NCBI GenBank assembly: GCA_951406725.2 | Contig: OX597820.1 | Span: forward strand, 16,616,001 to 16,680,000 | Direction: 5' to 3' | DNA from: Octopus vulgaris | Taxonomy: Eukaryota | Length of the DNA stretch: 64,000 bases | Shown here: in pieces, positions 21,978 to 35,096 of the stretch | Layout: every line of letters begins with the position of its first letter | How positions within the stretch are numbered: the stretch's first letter is position 1 | Translations under genes and position numbers: made by a program | The notes under the pieces: generated by a model | Databases searched by the model: none | Told to the model about the DNA's origin: nothing | Seen by the model: only the letters and a program-made list of their open reading frames with translations

Positions 21978-22269
21978 AACAATTGCAGCGTGGAAGGTGT
22001 TTATAAGCCATTTAAGAAACACACAAAAACCGTTAGATTTACTTCAGCATTTCAATATAATTTGTCAAAATATTTTCGTCGCTTTGAGACTGCGACCTCT
22101 TCAATGACAAAACTCCATGCTGCATTAAATTTAAATGTTGAAGTGAATCTAATGGTTTTTGTGTGTTTCTTAAATGGCTTATAAACACCTTCCACGCTGC
22201 AATTGTTTTTGTTCCAGCACACGATCTCAGATTAGGTCACTTGCTATGCAAGTACATCTCCGTAATTCC
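21978..22269 (-). mobile_element. Penelope-like non-coding insertion with fold-back end and internal minimal HHR
   Basis: 12-bp direct repeat TGTTCTTAATTA at 21966-21977 and 22270-22281; ~75-bp inverted arms 21977-22052 and 22133-22208. Confidence 0.75.
22061..22111 (-). ncRNA. Minimal type I hammerhead variant (C3>U)
   Basis: Minus strand: TTTGTCA TTGAAGA g GTCGC agtctcaaa GCGAC GAAA ATATTT TGACAAA; 7-bp stem I, 5-bp stem II, palindromic stem III AAAATATTTT. Confidence 0.7.
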
Positions 22270-22756
22270 TGTTCTTAATTACTATACAATTTAATTACCA
22301 TACAGTATCAGACCTCTATTAGTTGACTTCTATTTTTTTTACAACAGATTTCTATTATTGCATTTTCTGAGTTAATCTCCAGGTATATTTCAGCTGGACT
22401 GAGATGCAAAGAAAAAGAGCAGTTATTTTTGCAGAAACCCTCCACATTCTTTGTATTTCCTTTGCTAAGTTTTGCTGTTTTCCTTTTTTTTTTTTTTCCT
22501 GTTCTTTAAACCATTACATTCATATCAGCAGACATAGTCACACCCATGGTAATGCACTCTTTTGATACTACTACTCCTACTACTGCTACTGCTACTACTA
22601 CTACTACTACTACTTACATTCTAAGTTAAAATTCCGCCAAGTTTGACTTTCATCCTTTTGGGGTCGATTAAATAAGTACCAGTCTAATACTGGAGTTGAT
22701 GTAATCAATTGGCTCTATTCTCCCAAATTACAGACCTTGTGCCCATTGTAGAATGG

Positions 22757-22789
<33 letters not shown>

Positions 22790-23226
22790 AATATATAATA
22801 TAAATAAATAAATAAATAAAGGCAACGAGCTGGCAGAATCGTCAGCACGCCGGGCAAAATGTTTAGCAGTATTTCATTTGCCGCTACATTCAGAGTTCAA
22901 ATTTTGCCGAGGTTGACTTCGATTTTTTTTCCCTTCAGGGGTTGATAAATTAAGTACCAGTTACGTATCGGGGTCAATCTGATCGACTGCCCCCCCCCCC
23001 CCACGAAATTTCAGGCCTTGTGCTTATAATAAAAAGGATTATTATTATTATTATTATTATTATTATTTTTCTTGAGACGCATAGGTAGGATGAGCCTGCA
23101 AATTTAGATATTTGTTTGATGTTGTTGAAATAGTTTATGGCTGGATATTTTCCATAATGTTTATTTTTCAACCGTCAGTTGCATAGACTCTGAAAGTAGA
23201 TCAATTAACATCCTGTATAACATCTA

Positions 23227-23388
23227 GGCGCAGGAGTGGCTGTGTGGTAAGTAGCTTGCTAACCAACCACATGGTTCTGGGTTCAGTCCCACTGCGTGGC
23301 ATCTTGGGCAAGTGTCTTCTGCTATAGCCCTGGGCCGACCAATGCCTTGTGAGTGGATTTGGTAGACGGAAACTGAAAGAAGCCTGTC

Positions 23389-23436
<48 letters not shown>

Positions 23437-23645
23437 TTGTGTGTCTGTGTTTGTCCCCCTAGCATTGCCTGACAACCGATGCTGGTGTGTTTACGTCCCT
23501 GTCACTTAGCGGTTCGGCAAAAGAAACCGATAGAATAAGTACTGGGCTTACAAAGAATAAGTCCCGGGGTCGATTTGCTCGACTAAAGGCAGTGGTCCAG
23601 CATGGCCACTGTCAAATGACTGAAACGAGTAAAAGAGAAAAGAGT
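23227..23645 (+). mobile_element. SINE family A, full length
   Basis: Near-identical to the 16273 and 62886 copies. Confidence 0.9.
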
Positions 23646-24234
23646 ATAAGGATGTGAAATGATGCCTTTTTACCAGTGGTCTAAGACTTCTGATTCTTAA
23701 TTCTTCTCAGTGTCAAATTTTCAACCATCAGAAGTGGTTTTGGGCTCCCCACCCTTTTGTTTTCTCTCACTCTTTTTTCTTTTTAGCTGTATAGACTCTG
23801 GAATTAAATCAATTAACTTCTGTATAAGGATGTGAAATGATGCCTGTGGCATTTTCTTTTTGTAATCAAGTACCTTTTTACCAGTGGTCTAAAACTTCTT
23901 ATTCTTAACTCTTACCCTCACTCAATCGCTATACCTCCACTGTTCAAAAGCCGTCTCTTCAACACCTCTGTGTCACTAACCACCCAGCTTGCACTTATCT
24001 AACCCATTCAAAAGCTTTGTCCGGTCCTATATTTCTATCACATCTTTCGCTCAATTTGCACTTGTCTGAAACTTAACCTTATGCCTACTACTAACCTACA
24101 GTAAGCAACATTGCATTTTCTATCCCTGACTCACTGCACACTTTGCATGCAAACAATAAACACTGCACTCAGTATCAAAATAACACTAGCCCTCAGTTGC
24201 ACATCACTATTAGCCTACTGTTTCTTATTTCTCA

Positions 24235-24892
24235 TTTCTTTACTACCCACAAGGGGCTAAACATAGAGGGGACAGACAAGGACAGACAAACAGATTAAGT
24301 CGATTACATCGACTCCAGTGTGTAACTGGTACTTTATTTATCGGCGAGCTGGCAGAAATGTTAGCACGCCGGGCGAAATGCGTAGCTGTATTTCGTCTGC
24401 CATTACGTTCTGAGTTCAAATTCAACCGAGGTCGACTTTGCCTTTCATCCTTTCGGGGTCGATAAATTAAGTACCAGTTACGCACTGGGGTCGATGTAAT
24501 CGACTTAATCCATTTGTCTGTCCTTGTTTGTCCTCTCTGTGTTTAGCCCCTTGTGGGTAATAAAGAAATAGGTACTTTATTTATCGACTCCGAAAGGTTG
24601 AAAGGCAAAGTCGACCTCGGCAGAATTTGAACTCAGAACATAAAGACAGACGAAATACCTATTTCTTTGCTACCCACAAGGGGCTAAACAGAGAGGGGAC
24701 AAACAAGGACAGACAAACGGATTAAGTCGATTATATCAACCCCAGTGCGTAACTGGTACTTATTTAATTGACCCCAAAAGGATGAAAGGCAAAGTCGACC
24801 TCGGCGGAATTTGAACTCAGAACGTAACGGCAGACGAAATACCGCAAAGCATTTCGCCCGGCGTGCTAACGTTTCTGCCAGCTCGCTGCCTT
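24235..24892. mobile_element. Nest of three family B SINEs (+ copy 24344-24570 inside a - copy; another - copy 24660-24892)
   Basis: 16-bp TSD GGTACTTTATTTATCG at 24328-24343 and 24571-24586. Confidence 0.88.
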
Positions 24893-24949
24893 TAGTATTA
24901 TCCTATTGTTACAGTTAACCACTCACCCCACCTAACTTCTTCCACTGTG

Positions 24950-25325
24950 GAGGCATGTGGGTTAGTGGTTAGGGTGTTGGACTCATTATCATAAGATTGT
25001 GATTTCGATTCCCGGACTGGGTGACGCATTGTGTTTTTGAGTAAAACACTTCATTCCACATTGCTCCAGTCCACTCAGTGTGGCTTAGTAGTTAGGGAGT
25101 CAGACTCATGATTATAAGATTGTGGTTTCAATTCCCGGACTGGGTGACTCATTGTGTTCTTGAGCAAAACACTTCATTTCACATTGCTCCAGTCCACTCA
25201 GCTGGCAAGAATGAATTGTACCTGTGATGGACCAGTGTCCCGTCCAGGTGGGGAATATATACACCATGGGAACTGGGAAACTGGCCCTTATGATTTGGCA
25301 TGACTCGAGAAGGTTACCCTTACCT
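24950..25325 (+). mobile_element. tRNA-derived SINE family C with duplicated head (related copies ~85-350, ~27930-28120 -, ~37190-37435 -, ~61110-61740)
   Basis: A-box TGGCTTAGTGG-like, B-box TTCGATTCC, core GTGTTCTTGAGCAAAACACTT..GCTCCAGTCCACTCAGCTG. Confidence 0.75.
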
Positions 25326-25974
25326 TTTACTTTCTTCCACTCCGCCATACTTCTACCAATAAACCACCACTCCTCTACTATTCAACTGATGCAGTTTCAT
25401 CACCCATCAGTTTAAAACTCTTGCTGTCACACCATTTGGTCCTCAAACGCTGTTGCTCGACACCACCCAGATTCTGATCCACAGCGCCACACAACCAATT
25501 GTACTTCAAACACTCAACCACCGCACCCCTATCATTCACTTAACACACTATGTGCACTCAATCACCTTCCTTTACTGCTTGGAACCGTAATATTTACCTC
25601 TTAAATTCCTACATCTGTAAACCACACAGCTGTTACATCTTGCATGTCTCTCAGTAACCTCCTCATCCTTATAACAGATATAAACATGTAGAAGCACCAA
25701 GCTTGCTATTTCTGAAGCATTGCATTTCACCATTTAGCCGTCTTTCTTCCCGAGCTCTCCACGTTCACCTTATCGGCCAGGGCACCTGTATACACTTTTT
25801 GCAAGAATCACAATTCTACATCACCACCACAATAACAACAACAACAACAACCACTGCTGTACCAACATCACACCTCCTACCCTCTTTCTCTCAAACAATT
25901 CACCTGTCTTAAATTTACGAAAAATGTGAAAATTAAAAGCTTTTGCCCTTGTTATCCATCTTGTGTGTTTTCAG

Positions 25975-26074
25975 GCCAAAATCCAGCAAGCCGTGAAAGC
26001 CAAGGAGATGCAAGCCATGGGGAATGAACCTCCTGCAAAACGTCAAGTGATGGATGTTCGACAACCCTTGCTTG
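25975..26074 (+). CDS. Internal coding exon C (AKIQQAVKAKEMQAMGNEPPAKRQVMDVRQPLL), 100 nt, phase 0-1
   Basis: gtgttttcag acceptor, TTG|gtttgt donor (3' boundary less certain), open frame continuing exon B, PPAKR NLS-like motif. Confidence 0.75.
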
Positions 26075-26105
26075 GTTTGTGTTGTTCACTACTCACCAGT
26101 CACTG

Positions 26106-26151
26106 ATATAATATATATATGTGTATATATGTGTGCATGTATATATGTATG

Positions 26152-26186
<35 letters not shown>

Positions 26187-26311
26187 CTGTATAAATATAT
26201 GTATATATATATATATATATATAGCTGTATAAATATATGTATGTATATATATATATATATAGCTGTATAAATATATGTATGTATATGTATATATAGCTGT
26301 ATAAATATATG

Positions 26312-26349
<38 letters not shown>

Positions 26350-26463
26350 TGCATATATTTGAGTATATGTATATATACGTCAAATATGTACACATACAGG
26401 CATGTATATACATATCTATCTATATATATGTGTGTGTACATTATATGTACAGTATAGATATGT

Positions 26464-26497
<34 letters not shown>

Positions 26498-26570
26498 TAA
26501 TTATATATGTGTATATACATACATTTATGTATATGTTATATTGATATTATATTATGTGTATGTATGTATA
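26106..26570. repeat. Compound (TA)n/(TATG)n microsatellite with four GCTGTATAAATATATG units
   Basis: Direct inspection; source of several spurious YI-rich ORFs. Confidence 0.9.
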
Positions 26571-28591
26571 CACACAAGCACATATATATCATTGTCATCA
26601 TATTCATATCATATTTTATGTCCATTTTTCCATGCTTCATGGGTTGGAGGTGTCATTTCCAACACACCACCAGCCATGTCACTTGTTTATGTTTCTTTGT
26701 CATCTCCATTTCGAGGCCCAGCCTCCTCACAAGATGAGCCTGCACTTCTACTATTTCTTCACATGCCTTCACTCAGGCGTCCCCTTCGATTTGGATAAGT
26801 TGGGATGTCTTTAATTCATATGCCATTGTCCATACACAGCTCCCTACCAGCTCAGTCGTCTCTCTTGTATGCTGCATCTTATTCGTCTTACCCACATTTT
26901 TTTTCCCCCCATCCTCTCAGCTCATTCGTGCTCCATCGTTTCATGCACACTAACATTACACATCAAGCAGAGTATGCTTGCCTCATTTTTTTTCTTCCCC
27001 CACCATACATTTCATACGTTGTACGTAGAGAATGTGCCTTCACACAGCCTCTGCATTTAGTGTCCATGTTTCACTGTCTTTCAATATCACACTTCATACA
27101 CAGATAACACTATATAATTTACGGAGAGAGACTTCTTTTGATGTCAGCATAGTGACAACTTCTCAGACTCTTCCTACATTGTTCTTACTGTGGCTATTAT
27201 ACACCTGGAAAAAACCAGCCTTCGTTGTTGATTTAGTCATGATGGTAATAGAAGCTACCAACTAGTTCTAGCTATTTAGTGTTCAGATTATTCTGTCAAA
27301 TGTAATGCTTATTTATTCACACTTTTGAATTAGTCATTTGTTATATTATAGCTTTGAAATTTCAAATTCTGTAATCATTTCTTATTAGAATGACATTAAA
27401 GGCTAGATGTGATAAGCCAGATTTAGCATTTATCAGTTCAGGGGAACACTTATTTACCCTAGGTTAACACAAAGCAAATATTCTAACTGGTAACACTACT
27501 AGTATAGACTAGTAACCACACCACTTTATTGGATGTTGACTTCATGGATGATACTCTACTTGGAGTAGAGTTTTGTTGATTGAGGTCAACTTAAGTAAGA
27601 TACTTACTGCCGTTGACAATTGCGATTTGGCAGGGAAGTTGATGTGTTACGAACATGGGTTTATGCCATTGGTCTTTAGGTCACTCTATGTACATGAGAT
27701 TCTGTTAGCAAGAGTGGACAGAATGGAACAGTATGCTTGTCAGTTCCTTTGAAACAGGCTTGCTCTCCTGCCATACTTCACAAGAAATGAGCTGTATACT
27801 GTTGCTGTAAAATCCCAGCTACCACTAATGTCACTGGTTATTGTTTGTGTGACGTGGAACATATCCCATTGTCACAGGTTAAGAAGTATGAGATTATTCT
27901 GTGGAGCTTAATTCTTGTCTGGTTAGTCCACATCACTTCATAAGGAGCTGGAGCCCCTGTTTCCTGGTTTCTCTGGTGTATATATGTTCCTTCCTGGATG
28001 GGATGCTGGTCATTTGCAAGTACTGCTCATTTTTGCCAGCTGAGTGGACTTGAGTAGCATGAAATGAAGTGTTTTGCTCAAGAACACAACACATTTCCTG
28101 GTCCAGGAATCAAAACCATTAAGCCATGTGCCTCCAGAATTCTATTTCTTGTTTGACCAAACCAATATTGTTGATAGGAAGGAAATGGTATGATGATGTA
28201 GAGCTACACCTAGAAAGGAAATTGTTGATAAAGCTATGCAGAATTAGGCAAACTGCACATGGACAGGTATAAAAAGAAATGGGTCTCCTGTCAGAAAACC
28301 AAGTGTGGGCCAAGTATTGTGATCTGAGAGATTTGCCAGCCCAAAGAAGTATGTACAATGAAAGCAGTGAGATTATGAAACCAGTGTGACTGGGTAATAT
28401 GAGAAGAGGGCAACTGCCCAAAGGAAGGTTATACGGAGCATAAGGTGGAGAATGGAGCCAGCCAGATTGCAATTCCTTTGGAGATCAATATATGATCTAT
28501 TCCCATCTCTGTGGTTCAACTGATTGAGATGACTAACTGCCATCATTATTGAGGTAACATATAGCTGGTATATGTCCTCACAGTATATATA

Positions 28592-30310
28592 ATCATCATC
28601 ATCACCATCATTTAATGTCTGTTGTCCATGCTGGCATGGGTTGGACGGTTTGACTGGGCTGGCATACTGGAAGGCTGCACCAGACTCCAGTCTGATTTGG
28701 CATGGTTTTCTACAGCTGGATGCCCTTCCTAACACCAACCACTCTGAGAATGGTTGCTTTTATGTGCCACCGGTGCAATACCTGGGTGCGTTTATGCACC
28801 ACTGGCACGGGTGCCAATTTGCATAGCACCGGTATCTGCCATGGTAGAATGTTCTTAATGAAATAACCAAGTCCTGAGCTTCTTTGCTGTTGCACGAAAA
28901 CAGCATGGAAGAATCTTTAAAAAATGAGGAGTATGATGCCAAAGTGCCCCTTGGTGTTTTTCACAAATGGGTAAGAGTGTAATGCAGAAGTGTAAATAAA
29001 AGCACTAAAAAATGCAGACTTCTGAAATGATATTAATAACTTGAAGGGCCTTGTGCTCCAGAACCATTTTACAATGACAAAAAAAGGATTCAAACTTATG
29101 GTATGGCACAACTTGATAACAAATGTCCTAATTAAGAAAGGTAGGGTTTTGCAGGAGTGACTAATTAGCTTTAAATGTGCCGGTGGCACATAAAAAACAC
29201 CATCCGTTCGTGGCCGTTTGCCAGCTCTGGCTGGCACCAGTGCGGGTGGCACGTAAAAAGACAGACCCCAGCAGAACCGTCCAACCCATGCTAGCATGGA
29301 AAACGGACGCTAAATGATGATGATGATGATGATGATGAATAAATGAACTCCACTAAATGTAAAGAATACTCCTTTTTCTGCTTGGATATCCAAATGTGTG
29401 TGCCACCATCATCATTTAGTGTCTGTTTTTCGTGCTGGCATGGGTTGGATGGTTTGACAAGAGTTGGCAAACCAGAAAGCTTTACCAGGTTCCAGTCTGA
29501 TTTGGCTAGGTTTCTATGGCTGGATGCCCTTCCTAATGCCAACCACTTGGCGTTTTTAACATGGCACCAGCATGAGTAATTTCACATGGCATTGGCACGA
29601 GTGCTTTCACGTGGTGCCAGTATGGGTGCTTTTAAAGTGGCACTGGCTCAGGGCTCTTACAGACCAATCCTCTTCACCAGGGAATGTGGCCTTAACACTT
29701 CTGTTGTGGAGGTCGGGTCTTCTTGAGTACAGCAAGTTGCCAGGTATCTTGGTTCTTTGTCATCTCCTCTGAAAGGTTCAATATAAGACATCATCATCAC
29801 CATTTAACATCCGCTTTCCATGCTAGCATGGGTTGGACAATTTGACTGAGGACCAGATGGCTGCACCAGGCTCTAATCAGATCTGCACATGGCTGCACCA
29901 GGCTCCAATCTGATCTGGCAGAGTTTCTACAGCTGGATGCCCTTCCTAACACCAACCACTCTGAGAGTGTAGTGGGTGCTTTAACGTGCCACCGGCACGA
30001 GGGCCAGTCAGGCAGTACTGGCAACGGCCACACTCAAATGGTGTTTTTTATGTGCCACCTGCACAGGAGGCACAGGCAATGACCTCGCAAGAATGTTTTT
30101 TCACGTGCCATGGCACAAGTGCCAGTATGGCGACGCTGGTAACGATCACGCTCGAATCGTGGAAGCCAGTTAGCTGGTCTGGCAATGATCACGCTCGGAT
30201 GGTGCTCTTAATGCTCCACTAGCACAGATGCCAGTCATCGAATTTGATTTCAATTTCACTTGCCTCAACAGGTCTTTCCAAGCAGAGTTTAGTGTCCAAT
30301 GAAGGAAAGG
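28592..30310. mobile_element. Cluster of four RTE 3'UTR fragments (~28592-28850 -, ~29176-29338 +, ~29405-29770 -, ~29789-30310 -)
   Basis: Recurrent CATGGGTTGGA..CTGGATGCCCTTCCTAA signature; further copies near 11990, 18270, 26590, 33358, 35095, 43826, 46270 and 60130. Confidence 0.75.
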
Positions 30311-31595
30311 TAGGAGCATTATACATTTAAACAATTTTTATTAGTCTTTAATACAATATATTCTCTTGAAACTTCTGTCCGGCATATGTTTCTACTGCAA
30401 AGATATCCTAGGATGTGGTGTCCATTTGCATCCTGTTGATTCAGCTGCATTGGGGTCAACTATATCCATGCAGCTTTATTCAAGATGCTGCCACTGCTAG
30501 AGTTGAGAGAAAAAACTGTGGACATGAACTTGGTATTCTTTTGTTTCATCTATTACATATGTTTCTATAATTAATTAATAATGTTGCTCTAAAAATTTGA
30601 TTCATAAATGCAGTTTATAAATTCAGCGTACATAGTCATACCAAACCTGTCCTCAGACATGGTCGAAATATGGATCACAACCAGAATGGTAAATTTGTCG
30701 GACACAGAGCACATCCATTCCAGTATGGTTTCATTCAGCCAAATTGAATGAAAGCTTGGTGTCTGTATATATCAGTGGATTGGAAAGGAATAACAAATAA
30801 TGGTGTAAACTATAAGCCTTACGTTTGTAAATGATGAAAAATTTATTGATATCCACTCTCATGTATCATGCAGGAGGGTCATCTTTGAAATACTCGAGGA
30901 AAAATTTTTAATGGTGTTAGCAGGTTGAAGTTATTTCCCTTTTGTTTTGGTTTGGAATAGAGGAGTAAATGAGATAGAGTTTCTCTTTTTAGACATGTAA
31001 TGGAACTTCAGTCTAGTCTTGAATTCTGGCATCTTATTTAATTTATCCTGAATGGGTATAGCTTCCATTTACTGTTCAATGACATCATAACATCTGCTAA
31101 ATCCACATGAAAATTGTAAGTGCCATGTGTGTGTGTGTGTGTGTTTGCTTTTGTGTCAAGTTATATACAATAAACAGTTTAACATTAGACTGAAAGAGTA
31201 CTCAATATTTTTTCATTGTGTACCTGTATATTGAACTTTTACAAAGAAAAGGTTGACTGTGACTTCGAAGTTTTTTGCTTGCTTGCTTTGTTGTTTGTGG
31301 TCATAACACCTTTATGACAAATAGATCTGTTCAGTTTTGTTGCATTAGGTTTAGTTGTCTTTGTGTAGTTTTTCTTCTTTGTTGTTGTGAAAGATACTTT
31401 TGCTCAGCACATACTAGCAATTGATTATTGTGAATTCAGTTAAAGCGAAGTGTCTGTGAGAGAAAGATATTGTTGATTTGGAATAACTGAGTGATAAATT
31501 GCTTCAAAGCCATTGCAGTAACCGTTTGCTGAAGACACAGCTTAGATCTGGCGAAGACGTTCAGAACTGTTTCGTAATAATTTTGAATTACTTGA

Positions 31596-31697
31596 GTTCT
31601 TAAGGATTAATCTGTGAACCAGTGGGCTGTTAGTTCAAATTTGCTTGAGTTACTAAGGATTGGCCTGTGAACCAATGGGCTGTTAGTTCAAATTTGC
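31596..31697. repeat. ~54-bp tandem duplication
   Basis: TAAGGATT..CTGTGAACCA(G/A)TGGGCTGTTAGTTCAAATTTGC occurs twice in tandem. Confidence 0.7.
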
Positions 31698-32902
31698 TGC
31701 TGGTATTTTTTTGTAGTGTTTCTGTACAAAATGTGTGCACTTGAGACACAGAATCCAAATTAACTAATTTTTTTGATACTGAGGTACTTTCCAGAATTCT
31801 CTATATTTCATGATGTAATACATCATATAAATGATGTCTTACAAAACTTTGTCATTCCTAGATGCGGTTCGTTGTTCACCTTCAGTTAGGCTTTGAATAG
31901 TCAAAAGATATAAAAACTGGTTATTTTTAAAACCATTTGTTCATGATGGGGTCGCAGGACGTTTCAGTAATTAAAAATTGACTTATTATCATTTTTATCT
32001 ACCTCACTTCATATCTTGTTTTAAAACATAGCGAAAACCCATTTTGCCTATATACACAATGGCTACTACAATATAATTTTACAACATGGACTTGTAAATC
32101 TAAAGTATCCATTTCTTTATATTTGAGAGTTGCAGTTGGCTGATTCAGTAACATGTCATACTGCTAAGTGAAGGGTCTATGGTTCATGTCATTCTACCAG
32201 CACTGCACTGTGTCCATAATCGAGGCACTTAATTCTCAAATAGCCGATTTGACCAAAACCTAAATATACATTGTGTGGAAATACGGTTAGCTATTTACTA
32301 TGAGAGGCTCACGTATTGTGTACATTGGTAAGTGTTTTCCTTTATAAGTGTGCTGTGTTGTGTTCAAGTTCTTCTCTGAGTGTCGCTTGGAATGGGATGC
32401 GTTCTGCCTTGTGGGTGATTTGCTGTTGATAACATAACACGAAGCGCCGAGCTCTTCAAATGATACTTTCAAGTAGTAACTCTGAACAACCCAGTTGTGA
32501 TAGCATCGACTCATTCACTCACTCTTTCACAAACATGCTATCTCACTTTTTTAACTCACTCACTCATTAATTCAACTCATTAACTAACTCATTACATATT
32601 TTCACTTCATTATTTTGTGTTTTTTTTTGTGTGTTATTTTTATCTTTTTTTTAATGTCTTCATCAATAATTTCAAATTCATAATAAAAAAAAGTAAATGA
32701 TTAAAAATTCTGAAGAAATTTAAATAACATCCTTGTCTATCCTTTACAGAATGGCCTAGTCTTAAAACATAAGCTTTGCTGGTTTTATTTTACAATGTTA
32801 TATCATAGCCATTGTCAGTACATCTGTTTATAGTTGCATCCTCAAATTGCTCCTTCGACATATATATATATATAGATGTATATGTATATATTTGTATCTA
32901 TA

Positions 32903-32951
<49 letters not shown>

Positions 32952-33017
32952 AGATGTATATGTGTATATATAGATATGTGTGTGTGTGTATATGTATATA
33001 TATATATATGTATATAT

Positions 33018-33049
<32 letters not shown>

Positions 33050-34331
33050 GTATATTAAAAATGAGCTAAAGTTCTTGGTCACTTGTCACTGCCACTGTGA
33101 GGTCCGACATTTGAAAGGTGCTTTGTGTGTGCCAATGGCACAGGATCCAAGTATGTGACACTGGCATTGGCCACGACTGCAATTTCACTTGACTTGATGG
33201 GTCATTCGCAAGCATGGCATATCGTTAAAGGTCTGGGTCCCTTAGATAGTACATCTTGTGTGTGCTGTTAGATGTACAATTGCTACTGTTTAGTGTAGAG
33301 CTCCATTTAGAGTATCATCATCCAACCTACTTCCGTTATAGTGGTTTGTTTACTACTATCATCATCGTTTAGCATCCGCTTTCCATGCTAGCATGGGTTG
33401 GACGGTTCAACTGGGGTCTGGGAAGCCAGGAGGTTGCACCAGGCTCCAGTCTGATCTGGCGATGTTTCTACGGCTGGATGCCCTTCCTATCGCCAACCAC
33501 TCTGTGAGTGTAGTGGGTGCTTTTTACGTGCCACCGGCACAGGTGCCAGACGGGGCTGGCAAACGGCCACAGTCGGATGGTGCTTTTTACGTTCCACCGA
33601 CACGGGGGCCAGGCGAGGCTGACAACGGCCATGATCGGATGGTAGCAGTATTACTGGTTGTGATATGCAGAGCAAATATAAGAAATCTGTTGTGATTAAG
33701 CATCCTTTTGTACTTGGAACATCGAATGCAGGCGCTCCAGACAACCACAATGATGGGATGTACATAGGGTACAAATAATATAGACTTGTGTTTATCATAA
33801 TTTCTTACACAGTGTTTAGTTTTCCATTAAGGGTAAGATCAACAAAAAAACTACTCTATCCAGTGTGAGAGATAAATATCATTTAATGTACAAAGTATAG
33901 AGATACTAGCTGCTAATAGTTTCTTGCTGTGGAAAACTATATTTAGGCAGGTTTTTAAAACATGCATTATGTCACCAAGCAATCTTTCTCTTGATCTTAT
34001 CTTAACAGAACAGTAAGCTACGCATGCACACACACACACATATATAGTATAGAGCTATGGTCAGGTGGTGTGTGAAGTTGGATATTTACAGAGAAGCACT
34101 CGACTCGAATTCCAGGCCAAACCCGGAATTCTTCAGGTGTAGAAAAATTCAAGTTTCATGACAATTACACCATCAAATAGGTTTGGCGAAGAGTAAATTA
34201 TCCACTAATTCTTTACCACATCTTTAATTATAAGTTACAATTGTTTCCGTATCATCTAGAGATTGTATGGAAACAACTGTAACTTATAATTAAAGATGTG
34301 TTAAAGAATTTTCCTTGTCTTCTTCTTTTCA

Positions 34332-34637
34332 TCTTTATATATAAAACTGAAGTTGTGTGTGTGTCTATCTACTCCGATTTAGATTCCTAACTACTCCCAC
34401 ATTTTGCGGTGCAGTTTAACCAAAACCGGGTATCTTATAGTCGTGATTCATATCGAGCCCTTCTGGGTATTAGCGCGCGTCTACGATGAGTCTACGATTT
34501 AAAAAAAAAATTTACCATAATTTTTCCGCATTTTTAATGCATTTTTTGCTTGATTTATATAAGGGAAGTAACTCTCCAAAAATGCTTATATAGTTATTTC
34601 CCTTACAAACACGAGCAACGCCGAGCGATACTGCTAG
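34332..34637 (+). mobile_element. Non-autonomous Helitron
   Basis: A|TC 5' end, CTAG|T 3' end, subterminal CGAGCAACGCCGAGCG hairpin remnant; no TSD. Confidence 0.75.
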
Positions 34638-34766
34638 TTGGATATATATATATACACATACAGTAGTACCTTGGTTTTCGAACACCTCTGATCATGAATA
34701 AATCGTGCTTTATCTCCTGTTTTTCTCATATGAACACCTGATCTTGAATAAATTATGCTTTATATA

Positions 34767-35056
34767 TCACCGTGACCGACCAGGCTATCAGATGTTGCTA
34801 CACATCGCTGGTCACAATGTGCTTCGCATTGTTTTAGCCTTCAAATGACGCCACCCCGCTGGCTAAGCGAGCAGGCCAACAGAAGAAAGTTGTGGCGAAA
34901 GAGTACAGCAGGGATTGCCACCACCCCCTGAAGGAGCCTCGTGGAGCTTTTTAGATGTTTTTGCTCAATAACCACTCACAATGCCTGGTCTGGGAATCGA
35001 AGCCGCGATCCTACAACTGCGAGTCTGCTGCCCTAACTACTGGGCCATTGCGCCTC
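34767..35056 (-). mobile_element. tRNA-headed SINE with a distinct tail (second copy ~49311-49548 nested in the TA tract of a family A SINE)
   Basis: Minus-strand head GAGGCGCAATGGCCCAGTAGTTAGG..TTCGATTCC; body shared with 49311-49548. Confidence 0.75.
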
Positions 35057-35060
35057 AACC

Positions 35061-35096
<36 letters not shown>

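Noticed and set aside
31525-31565. TTTG CTGAAGA..CAG..CTG..CGAAGACGTT CAGA hammerhead-like pattern
   Set aside because: GAAA is interrupted and stem II is only 3 bp; could be chance or a very decayed copy
32291-32333. Strong donor TTG|GTAAGT suggesting an exon
   Set aside because: No pyrimidine tract at the nearest AG, and it lies at the end of a decayed SINE-like segment
34095-34142. Minus-strand ACAC-CTGAAGA followed by a strong hairpin, resembling an HHR
   Set aside because: No GAAA box after stem II (TCGAGTC instead), so it cannot be called a hammerhead
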